Shown here piece by piece: positions 1-12,700 of a stretch of DNA of 64,000 bases (positions are counted from its first letter, which is position 1; the number at the start of each line of letters is the position of its first letter). Source of the DNA: Phoronis australis (taxonomy: Eukaryota; Animalia; Phoronida); assembly GCA_002633005.1 (NCBI GenBank), contig NMRA01000945.1, positions 6,181 to 70,180 on the forward strand, given 5' to 3'. The notes beneath the pieces are model-generated. The model had not been told where the DNA came from, made no database searches, and worked only from the letters and a program-made list of their open reading frames with translations. A program made the position numbers and the translations under genes.

Positions 1-694
1 AACCAAAAAATTTCCAATGTCAGGATCTGATCTAGAATCATGCCACATTTAACTAGTTGACAAACAAGCCTATTGTGTTGGTACACAGTGCTGTGGTAGT
101 ACATAGTAAGTGGGTCAGAGGTTACAGTCACCATAAGGAATCGGCAGGTGAAAGTTAAGTCTAATTTCTCTGAATTCAACAGTTTTTCTCAGTTGAAGTT
201 TTTTACAGTATTTTTAAAAACCCCATCTTCACAACATTTGTTGAACGTCATTTAGAAATAGCATTTTTTAAATATTGGTTAACGTCAGGCACATTGTTTA
301 CAACATAACAGCTAAATTACGTAAACTCATTAGATGAACGCAGACAATGAGAAAGCTGGACTGTGTAAACATTGGTTTGCCAACGTTCTCTCACTTTCAA
401 AATGATGACCCGGCTGTAACCCAAGTTCCCAATCAGCGAATTTGGGAAACTCACCCAACAATGCGGAAGCGTAACGATAATGCACTTAATACATATGTAG
501 ATACATAAAAAGGAAAATTCTTAAGAAAATTTGAGATTGGTTGAAACAGAACTTTGCTTTACTGCTATCATTGCACAGTTTGCAGACAACTGTTTGGCAG
601 AGATGGTCTAAACTGACTAATAAACTCATAACTATCTGTTTGTGAGGATTCATGAATGAGCAAGTTAATCCAATGAGAGGCCAGTATTACTTAC

Positions 695-796
695 TTGCTC
701 CGTCACATCAAATTGTCCTTCCTCGTCATAATAACCCGCTGCCTTTAACTTGTCATGAATCAGATCAGCATACAACATTGCAGCCGTGCACATGTC
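695..796 (-). CDS. BAIAP3: Exon 21 ([34 protein letters not shown])
   Basis: ctacag / CAA|gtaagt, 102 nt; gene continues beyond base 1. Confidence 0.92.
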
Positions 797-3700
797 CTGT
801 AGCCATAGTAAGAACAAACAATTAGTACTCTTTAAGTTAGCAATATCTGCTAGTAGCACAGCACTAAACTAGCAAGATTAATCATGCTGAAAACTAAATG
901 ACAACCTTATTCAAACTTTTAAGTCTAATTTATTCAATGCTCTGCACTTAAGCTGGTATGACCTTGCTACAAACCTAACTACTTCTATATTTAATGTACC
1001 ACTTGAATGCACCGCATAAGTCATGTTGTCATGTAAAAACAGGTTATGGGACATGTTGATTAATAGTTGGTACTAAGAAAATGAGTTTTGCTTGGTAATG
1101 GAATTCCTTTGAGATAACAAGCTTAGATTAACTTCCTGACTTGCAATCTTATTCAAGCTTGCACAGCAATTGTTACCAAGATACCAACTTGAAGGTTTCC
1201 AAGTTTTGAACTCAATGTCGAGAAGATGACTGACACAGAAAGCTTCATCAGGATTTTTTTGACATGTCGAGCTTAACTTATCTCATTCACCAGTAGTCTT
1301 TTCAAGATAACTGAGCAATGGTTGTTAAGGTATCTAGGAAGTTCAAGCTAGGGAAAAATATCTTTCATGAAAACTCAAGAAAACAAAGTTTCACTTCTCC
1401 ACCATATGGTGAGATTTTACCATATCATGAGTACGGTAAGACCGATCAATGTATCAAGTACAGTCTCTGGTAGATCAATTAATCATGGACCGTACTGTGG
1501 TCGATCAATGTATAATGTACCGCACAGTGGTTGGTCAATGTTATCATGTAATGTACTGTTGTCGATCATTGTATAACACACCATAATGTGGTCAGTCAAT
1601 GTTATCAATAACATTTACTGTAGTGTAGTTGATCAATGTATCATGTACCATACTGCTGACGAACCATGTATCGAAGAGTAGTCCATCGATGTATCATGTA
1701 CTGAACTGTAGTTGATCAATGTTATCATGTACTGTATTGTGGTCAATCAATGTAACATACTGCCATGGATCCATGTATCATGTACCACATTATGGTTACC
1801 CAATCTATCATCCACCGTACAGAGATCAATGCATCATGTGTCATAGTGTGGTCAATCAAATTATCATGAATCATACCGTGGTCAACTTGAGCCCAAATAA
1901 ATATGCTCCCTCTGGGTCAGGCCAGTTCAGCTTACTCCAGAACTCAACAATCTGCAACAAGATGGCAATCAATGACACAGCACTAAAACAGTTGAGACCT
2001 GAGGATGCAAAAGCACTGCATAGACATTTTCTTCACAAACCTGGGTTCACCCGTGTTACATCCTAGTTACAGTGTATGGTAGCAAATATTGGAAGAACAA
2101 AGAAGTTAAGGGTCGGGCGTTACCAATGATGCATCAACAAACCAAAGTCTTAAACTTAGCCTTATGCTGCCACTTCAACGTTACTTAATATTTTTTCCAC
2201 ATAATAATTGTTAGTCCTCTCAGCTTCACAGCTGAACAACAAAAAATATTCTAATTATTTATTAGAACTGTTACTATAATATAAGTATTCTCAGAGACTC
2301 TGTACTTAGCAAAAGTGATATTAAATAATATTCAGGAGCACAAGATAAAACTTCGGATTTAAGTACCAATTCACTCTTCATCAAACAAGACTCCAGAGGA
2401 AAACAAGATCAGGTGGTATCTGCAGCTTCAAATCTAGCTCGCATCACAATCAAGTCACATGTGGTCACTTAAATGATGCAATTCCGGACTAAACAAAAAG
2501 GACTGAGAATAAAACAAATCTCAATGAACAGCTGCATCACATGCAAAAATGTACAGAGAAATCTTTTTTGTACCAGGCTGGAAGACCAAAACATTAACTA
2601 CCTGGTTAAACGCACAGCAGACATCAACAGCTGAAGTACTGTACTTGAGACTCTCATTCACTTTGGATCCCTACAATACAATACATAATTAAGTCAACAA
2701 TGGTCTAACAAACTAAAACACAGTGTGTCACAAGTGAAACACTATGACTTCATTGCCCAGTTCCATGTGACAGTTTCCTAATTTTCAGCCCATTTGTAGG
2801 CTTAGTGCAAACACTGATTGTCCTTTCCTCTGCAAGTCTATCTTCATTAAGTACGGCAAGGTTTAGCTTTTATACACAGCGAGCCACAATTCTACGCTAA
2901 ATTCTATCTTGAAAACGCATGCACTTTTTCATGCAACGTCTCTAAGTTAAGGACTTAATTTTGTTGAAATAAGGACTCAGTTTCCCAAAACTATTTTTAG
3001 AAAATGTCACGTGACTGCGAAAGAAAAGCTCACCATGTTTTGCAATATAAAGGGGTGGAAAAATATAACACAAGTGAGAAAACAACGTCAATCTGCAAAT
3101 GCACTCAAAACTTAGAGAACACTGCTGATTCTTTATTGAAACAGAGACTCTTTCATGCAACCAGGCACTTACAGTATACTTAATGACCACTTGAAACACA
3201 ATGAACTCTTGAGACATCAATTGAAGAAAATACTTAACACAATGAAGTATTTGTCAAAGGTTCAATCACGGTAAATTAGTCAACAGTTGAAACACAGTGA
3301 TTTATGGGTCCACAGTTGAAACATTGTGAGCTGCTATGTCATTGGTTGTAACACTGACTGCTATATACAAATCAACCATTTTATACAAAGTTCGTCCATT
3401 TCCGTGTGACGTCATTATGTACATTTACAACATTAATTTATAGTAATATCAGCTTTTTGCAAGGTATTTGGTGGGTTAACCTTAATGTTGAATAAATTGA
3501 ATAGGCTATATTCAGTAAAACTACCGAGGCTATTTGAATAGGCACTGATATCTTGGCTATTGTCTCCATAATGCATACTTCGAACTAAGAACTACAAAAT
3601 AGTTCTTTATGAGACCCGTTGATTATTTATGATGACAGTCTCACGGTACAATAATCAGAGCTTACATATCACAAAAGTTTCATAGCGTGTGCATTTGACA

Positions 3701-6700
3701 ATTATGTGCAGACTTTTTCTTTGGTGACTAGGCCAAACTTCACTCTGAATTTTAGTGCAGTGAAAGCCGGCCGGTGCCGTGAGAATGTTCAGTCGTTCAG
3801 GCTTTCAAGGTAAGATTGAAACTATTGATTTAAAAGTGGGTTTCTTGGAAACACGTTTCCTCCAAGTTTAAAGGTGGAAAGGAGCTTTAGCACTGCCTAA
3901 AAAATTTCAAAATTTGCGGGCTGACGATTTGAATACGACGTGCAGTGCAGCTAGCGTGAATAGTCACAATGGAAGAAAGAAGTTAAACCTTCAATGCATA
4001 TGCCTGTGCATGATTTTAGGCTATTCTAAATTCCATAAGAAAAGACAAAGGTCTTACATGGTGGCAAAAATGTTTCTCAAGCTCTACTTACATACATTAA
4101 AATGTCATATCGAAAATGACGAATACTGTATCGAATGGACATGTTAACAGTTGCAACAGTGAGTGCTATATGTCATTAGCTGAAAAACTGTGACCTTGAA
4201 AAATTAAAACATTTTGAGCAACATGTGAACAGATGAAACTATGTGAGTTTTGTGTCCATAGTTGAAACATAGTGACCTATGTATCATTAGTTGAAACAGT
4301 GAGCTGTGTGTCAGTAGTTGAAACACTGAGCTATATATCAAAGTTGGAACAGTAAGCTGTGTCAGTGAAACAGTAAGCTTCCTCATCAGCTCAAACTTTG
4401 AGTTATGAGTCATCAATTGACATAGTCAATAATGCATCAGTAATTAAAACACAGGATGCCACCAACACATGCCTACAACACACAGTGCATGACAACAAGT
4501 GGAAAAGTCTGTCCATTTCCTTAAAACAGACAGGCAGACTTGAAAATTCAATTCCTTTCATGAAGAACTTGCTGAGGAATAACAGATCTCTCAATGCCGC
4601 ATCTGTTGAAAATAGAACATGCTGTGCATAACCCAGATGTCACTGGCATGTACTGCTTAACTATACTGGAATATTGAAAACAACTGACAGTTTAAAAACA
4701 TAAAAAAAACAAATCAGTGGATGAAAATTGAGCCCAGATTCAAAACTAAGAAATGTTTGAGACAGACCAACAAATTTTACTGAGAGAAAATGAGTGACAT
4801 TTCACACTCGAAAAAATTAAAACACTGAATGAGAAGCCTCAATTTACACATACCAAACCTTAAGGTAATTAAGAGAAGCATGCACCTCTAACATATGACA
4901 AGATGAGCTGAGTTTGCAACACATTAGCTTACACTTGTCACAAAATTCCTTCGTTTTTGGAGTGGAAACAGTGAATTCAATCCGGCCATAATTCGTGAAT
5001 TCTATCCTATAATTCAACACCTCAACCTCACCGACAAATCACTTCAGTGGCTCCCTTTCTTTAGGGCTTTTTAGTAAAGTTCTAGAGAATAATCGCCAAA
5101 CACTCGCATGATTTTCGATTTCATGTGAGAGCTTGTTTGCTTTTCTGCAAGGAAATAGGTCTACACTGATTCCTCTGCAGGGTAAAAGACAACATTGCAT
5201 GCTAGACAGTAGGAGGTTGAAAGTGCATGCATACCACGGAATTAGGTTCGAAAGGAGATGACTACACTGATTTAGACCATGCTTGTGATCTGTTGAAGAC
5301 CACATAGTCGTCTCATCTCAGCAGGTTATTTGTTCTCAGGGAATGTGCCCATCAAATGAAAATGATACAAACATAGTTACATTTGTCATAATTGCAATGT
5401 TTGCTTACAAATGTATTCACAAATTCAGAATATCTGCTCAGTGCTGGTATTATAATTATGTTGAAGTTTGAATTATAGTGTATAGTCACAGTGTGCCCTT
5501 GACTCCTACATGCAGTTGTTGCAGGCAACAATTTGAACGCATGATGGCATCTAGTCATGAAGTCAACACAGCAAAGCAATGTGTAATGTGCACGTCATGC
5601 ACATCAATTTGATTTTGAACACACAAAAATGATAAGATAACAAATTGCACATAGCTGGTCTGAAGAAAGGATACTTAGCAAACACACATCTTGTTTAATT
5701 TTGAATCAACAGATAATTAATACACAGTTTGCTTTTAAAATGTATCTCAGGGACAACCTAACCTAACCGTGTTCAACTCCAACATAGAGCAAATGAGGTG
5801 TATATAGATCATGTGACAACAGTGGGAAGTAGATGGGTGAAAGTGTTGCACAGTAAGTGAGGGTAAGATGGTCGAGTATACAGATGAGGTGAAAGGAGGG
5901 AAGTCAGTGTGCAGTGTTATGACCTGACTCTACACACAGGACCATGTACAATGTACGACATGACTCTACACACAAGACCATGTGCAGTGTATGACATGAC
6001 ATCACTCACAGGACCATGTGCAGTGTATGAAATGACATCACTCACAGGACCATGTGCAGTGTATGACGTGACATCACTCACAGGACCATGTGCAGTGTAT
6101 GACATGACATCACTCACAGGACCATGTGCAGTGTATGACATGACATCACTCACAGGACCATGTGCAGTGTATGACATGACATCACTCACAGGACCATGTG
6201 CAGTGTATGACATGACATCACATCACATGTAGGACAAGGTACACAGAAGAGAGAAACAGTCATCCCAGAAAGGAACAACGTCCCACGATGCAGCTTGCTA
6301 TACCTCTTTCTTATCCTTGAAAATAAAATTGGAAATAAACAAAAATAAACTAATGTAATAAAACAGTTGGTTGTAAGAGAAAATTAAAGATATGTTGGAC
6401 CTTATCGTCAAATCCGTGCATTTGGCAAATATCTACAAAACTAATTAATTGGGTCAAGTGACTATGTAGTTGTAGTGTATTGACCTACAGTAGAATTTAG
6501 AAATAAAGAATGGTAAGCTCAACATGATACCAAAACACCGGTATCAATGACATGACCAAATTTCAGTTGATAAAAATGTTCGGACACTAAAATGCTATAG
6601 TCATCTTCTAAAATATTATTTTTGTTTCGTGTTCCGAAGTTACCCAAATTTGCAATTTTCTTATAGAGTCCAGCATAACCTTATACAATCATATTTAATG

Positions 6701-9700
6701 TGAAATGATGAATTATTGAAACAATAACAAAAACAGAGCCCATAGACTGACACAGTCAGATTATAACAAAAATACACACATGTTAGTTTGTCAGCAATTA
6801 AGGTTTAGAAAACAAATAGAAATTTCAAGTAATCATTCTAGAAAACTTGCAAGACTAACAGTGTATTAATTAATTCTTTGAAAAAAAACATAAGACAGTA
6901 AACAGACATGGATGGTACGGACAAAGACCATGTCAAGGTGGTTAGATATACTTGCAGATGTGATCAAAAGCTAGGCTATAGAAATGATGAACCACCAGCC
7001 AGAAGAGAAATTATTGTTGATTATCTGTTCACTGAAGACAATTCAAACAGGACTCCTTTAAGTTTGACAGTGTTTGCATTGACTGTTGAAACATGAGAGC
7101 TTGTAGTGCAACAGTGTTAGTACTGACTCTTAAAACATGAAAGCTTGTAAGGGTGACAGTGTTTGTATTGACTGTTAAAACATGAGAGCTTGTAAATATG
7201 ACAGTGTTTGCATTGAATGTTAAAACATGAGAGCTTGTAAGCGTGACAGTGTTTGTATTGACTGTTAAAACATGAGAGCTTATAAATGTGACAGTGTTTG
7301 CACTGACTGTTAAAACATGAGAGCTTATAAATGTGACAGTGTTTGCACTGACTGTTAAAACATGAGAGCTTATAAATGTGACAGTGTTTGCATTGACTGT
7401 TAAAACATGAGAGCTTATAAATGTGACATTGTTTGCATTGACTGTTAAAATATGAGAGATTGTAAATGTGACAGTGTTTGTATTGACTGTTAAAACATGA
7501 GAGCTTGTAAGTGTGACAATGTTTGTATTGACTATTAAAACATGTATTTGTATCGACTGTATTACCTTGTCCATTTCCACTGCCTTACGCACTCTGTTGT
7601 TGAGCTTGATTTGAGCCACTTGTAACCATTCCGTCATTCCAGGCTTGAACCACTCATAGTAACGGCCTATGTTCACAGACTTTCTCTCACTAAAACAAAG
7701 CCCAAATTAATCCATCAAACACAATCAAGCTTTGAGTGTGAATACGAGTTTACCAGTTGCTATGAATGGTTAGAATAGCAACATTAAATATCTTTATGGC
7801 TATAACAATACGGAATAAGTAGTCTGTCAATCAATGTTGATCTTACCTGGCAGGAAGGTGGTGGCGCCATCTGCAGAATTCCTGTAGTGTTAAGTAGAGC
7901 TCAAACATAATAGCTCCAATCCTTGGAGCACCTATCAGTTCACTGTCAGGCTCAACTACAACATTGTAACGCTGGTCAACCATGCATGTTGAGCGGGCAT
8001 CGATTTGACTCATTAACTCTTGACCCATGTCATTTCCTAACTGTAGAATAAAACAATGAGAACACTCTCACCAAGCGACACTTGATAAAATCAACTAAAA
8101 CAGAGCATGGTGACGAAGGCACAGACACCATATGACAATGCCCACGACGTCGATGCAATAACGAAAATACCGTCAACACCGACAATGCTACCAGCAACCT
8201 GAGGTCATTTCACTGCGTTTAAAATAAGCAAGTCACCAAAGAAGTGGAAGAGGCAGTTCACAAATATATAATTTACAGTAAATCTCCACTAACATATAAT
8301 GTACAAAATGATTGCCAAAATAGACATTTTTCTATTTTCAGGGGCTGATTACCTTACTGCAAATAATGGAAAATATTAAAACCTGATGTTATTTTATGAC
8401 TTCCAAACAATGCAAATCATGTTGGTCATGGACCACCAAATAAGTGGTTGCACATTCATTTGACGGCATCTTGGATCGAACACATCAGCTGTCATCATCA
8501 GAGGAGAGAAATTTAAAACTGCTGTGAGTCCCTACATATTAATGCAATGAATATTGAGTCAGTGGGGTGGTCTGCTTGCTTTAAACATATTGTGATATTC
8601 TATCTTGTGTGCAGCCAAATGCACAACCTTCAGGAGATATTGAATCCGATGTCCATTAATTTGTAACAATTGTCAAACACATGCGGAAATCAAGAATGGG
8701 ATACAACCGAGCCAAATGCAGTCAAATCGTGACATGTTGAAAATGAGTCCTCGGGCTCTGCATATGAATACTTTAAATTTATAGAGCTTTCACCGAAGTC
8801 TCATGACATTCTTCCAAAGTTTGACGAAATCCCAGAGAGGAGTTGTATACAAAAGAGAACATGCCCTGCAGACACACGAGCAGTGTGACACCTACCACGA
8901 TTCTTACCTTCCCAGCAATATGTTGGGAAAAAAGTGATTAGCTAACATTCCCATTATCAGGCCTTAGCCATTAAAATCCCTTATTTTTAACAAAACACCG
9001 ATAATTCAAAATGTCAGTGAAATCTATGGCCGTGCAAACAAACAATATGCTTTATCATGGCTGACTGCGATGAATTAAGAATGACTCACACATTAACTAT
9101 ACGGATTAATCAACACACAACCACAGTTTGTGCTGTTAAACTGAATAGCAATCAATATGTCAATAAAGAGAACAGAAGGTTAATCAACATAGAAAGTTCT
9201 TCGCACACCAAACCAGGAAAAACAGCCGTCATAGACAGTGTAAGAACTAGAGAAGACAATGTATTAGAACCAGTCCATTGTGTGAGTGAATAGCGCAGAC
9301 GGATCTTGTCAGTGACCATGGTGTACTGTCAGAGCAAGACATGTGTCAGAGCAGGACATGTGTCAGACCAGCTAAGACATGGGTCATGCACATTGAGCAG
9401 ACATTTGCATGCTCTTAACACATGTTGTAGCCAAAGCTCCAAAAATGATGCTATTACCCAAAACTTAACTATACAAATAAGCTTAAAAATAGTTGAAAAA
9501 GCGACAGATAAAAAATCTGAGGAAGATGGCCTTTGCCCATCTGACATAGTAGGTGGAAACAATTCGCATCGCGCAGTTCCATTCCCATGCACTACACCAC
9601 GGCACCAATAAGATTTTTTCACAATACTGCAACAAACTGTTCTTTGACTAGTGTCATCACATCATCACAAAAAAGTGGCTAGCTTGAAAATGACACATTA

Positions 9701-12700
9701 ATGGTGGTTGGAAAACGACAAGTGAGAGGTGAAAGGTGGCAGCACTGCATGAACCAAGGGAAGCATGACATGCACATTACCTCATCTTCCATTGCCTTGG
9801 TTACGTCATCTGCTAACTTACAATAAAACCAACCAAATACATGTTTAACTCATGCAAATTAAGTAAGATCACAAGACAAACCCTAAAAGGTCACCAAATG
9901 TGACATAACAGTAAGACTGGCATTCTAACTGACCAGTCAGTGAATGCGTCTTAATATAATTGTAAATGGCAGCCTAACTGAGTGGTCAATGAATGTCACA
10001 GAACATTGTGACTGGCAATCTACCAGTCAATAAATGTAACAACTTTGTGACTGGCAGTCTAACTGACAAGTCAGTGAATGTGACAACATTGTGACTGGCA
10101 ATCTACCAGTCAATAAATGTAACAACTTTGTGACTGGCAGTCTAACTGACAAGTCAGTGAATGTGACAACATTGTGACTATTAGTCGAATTGCACTGAAC
10201 TGACAGAATACAGGGGTTATCACATAACTCTAACATCAATACGTTTACTTCATCATCTAAAGAATGGGGTGGGGACTCTAGAAACCAAGAGTCCACCCCG
10301 AACAGTCACGATGGGTTAGATTTGTGCAATCTGATTCATGACACTAGAAACATCCATAAACACTAGCAGAAGGCATAATACATTTTGCAGGAATCAGACA
10401 GTTGCTATTACCCAGTAGAAGGAGCCACTCTACTCTGTAACTTCAGATTTGACTTAATATGTATTCTTGCATCAAACATTGTTTCAGGGCTGTTCCAGCA
10501 AAATCTGTGTGGGAGGGGGGAAGGCAACTGAAATAAAAATTTATGGGTTGTTGCGTTTGATTTAAATTCAAAATGGCTGGTGGTCGTACTTCAAAAAAAT
10601 AAAAATTTACAGGTCGTTGTTGTTTAATTGGGCCATAAATGTTTGATGGTGGGTAATTTTAGTAAATTTTGTATTAAACAATCTGCACAGAATCAAAAAC
10701 TGAAACAAAAATGCAACTTGCAAAAAGCTCAGACTTTTTCACTCCCTCTGATCTCCTCATTGGCATGCCCATAACACCATTTAACCACAGGTGCTCGAAT
10801 TTCTCGATGGCTAATAATCATATATAAGAAACATGTTTTCTTAGTAATGAATGACGTTAGTGGTGATGGAGGAACAAATAAACTCAAGCGCCTGTGCAGT
10901 CAACCACAAGAACAAAAAAAATTACGGGTGGTTGCATTTCGAACTTATAAAAAATTACGGGTGGTAGGCTGAAGAAATAAACGAAAAATATGGGTGGTGG
11001 GTGCGAAAAAAAGGTGCCTTCCCCCCTCCATACAGATTTTACTGGAACAGCCCTCAATTAAAAACAATTCAATTACGAGAGTTGGCAGGCATGATGAGTA
11101 CATGAGACTCAACAACATTTTGACATTTAAATCCTTGATAAGCATCATTTAGCCACGTTTGCTGACAACAGAGGTCTGTCAAGAGACCAGTTAACTACTG
11201 AAAGGGATCCTAGTGTTTTGAGGTCTGCACGACCCTAAGGCTCTAGACTCGTGCTAATCCCAGCATGCACTGCTCTCGTATGTGTAATCAAACTCAACTT
11301 ACCAATCCTTCCAACTGTTTGAAAGTGACTCCAAGATAGTCCACATTCACTATTCTGGAAAGAAAACGACACATCATAATCCCTTAATGATAAGTAGGAC
11401 AAAACCAGAAATTGTAAACTGGAGTGCACGTCAGATGGTGCATCCAGAACCACTGCCAGACTATGGTCAGTCAGTCAGAATACTGCGTCATGTATGTACT
11501 CAATGCCATGCATCTGTCTCCCCAGTCAGTTGGAACACAGTGTCATGTATGTGCTCATCTGTATCCTAAGTCAGTTGAACACAGTGCCATGTATGTGCTC
11601 ATCAGTCTCCTCAGTCAGTTGAACACAGTGCCATGTATGTACTCTTCTGTCTCCTCAGTGAGTCAGCTGAAACACACTGCCACATACGTGCTCATGCATC
11701 TGTCTCCTCAGTCAGTTGGAACACAGTGCCGGGATTTTGTAATCATCTGTCAACTCGGTCAGTTGGAACACAGGGTCATGTATGAACTCATTCGTCTCCT
11801 CAGTCATTTGGAACACAGTGCCATGTATGAACTCATTTGTTTCCTCAGTCATTTGGAACACAGTGCCATGTATGCACTCATCTGTCTCCTCAGTCAGTTG
11901 GAACACAGTGCCATGGATGTACATATCTGTCAACTCAGTAAGTTAGAACACAGTGTCATGTATGAACTCATTTGTCTCCTCCGTCAGCTAGAATACAATG
12001 TCATGTATGTACTCATCGGTCTCCTCAGTTGGAACACAGTGTCGTGTATGTGCTCATCTGTCTCCTCAGTCAGTTGAACACAGTGTCATGTAGGTGCTCA
12101 TCTGTCTCCTCAGTCAGTTGGAACACAGTGTCACATATGTGCTCATCTGTCTCCTCAGTCAGTTGAACACAGTGTCACATAGGTGCTCATCTGTCTCCTC
12201 AGTCAGTTGGAACACAGTGTCATGTATGTGCTCATCTGTCTCCTCAGTCAGTTGGAACACAGTGTCATGTATGTGCTCATCTGTCTCCTCATGCTTCTGT
12301 ATCCAGTTTGCATGTAATTGTACAAGTATCAAATTATTATGTAGAATTCATCTGAAAATGGAAATTTAAAGTTCAGACATCTCCATAATAGAAACAAATT
12401 TGCCAAAGTTCATGAAAATCTGTCAACAAACTTGGTTCAGAATGGAGCTGACAGCATAATGCGCCTACACAAGCCACAAAGTCAAACACATGCTCTCATA
12501 ATCTCACACATGCCTGCACAAAAAGCTGCTACGCACTTAGACAAGGCCAGATATACACAGACACTAGAACCACGTGAAAACCCAAGATCACGCAAGATTT
12601 GATAACACCATGCATTACAAGCAAAGAAATTGATTACACTTTTTCTAATTTTATTTGGGAAACTCTTATTCTACGAAATGCAGCCAAAGACTCACCTACC

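Noticed and set aside
448-490. Donor-like gtgagt near 450 as the next BAIAP3 exon
   Set aside because: The translation does not resemble the expected LCxxLNN MUN segment, and it lies in repeat-like sequence.
5245-5320. miRNA-like hairpin gagatgacta...tagtcgtctc
   Set aside because: Only ~10 bp pair and the interior is poorly paired.
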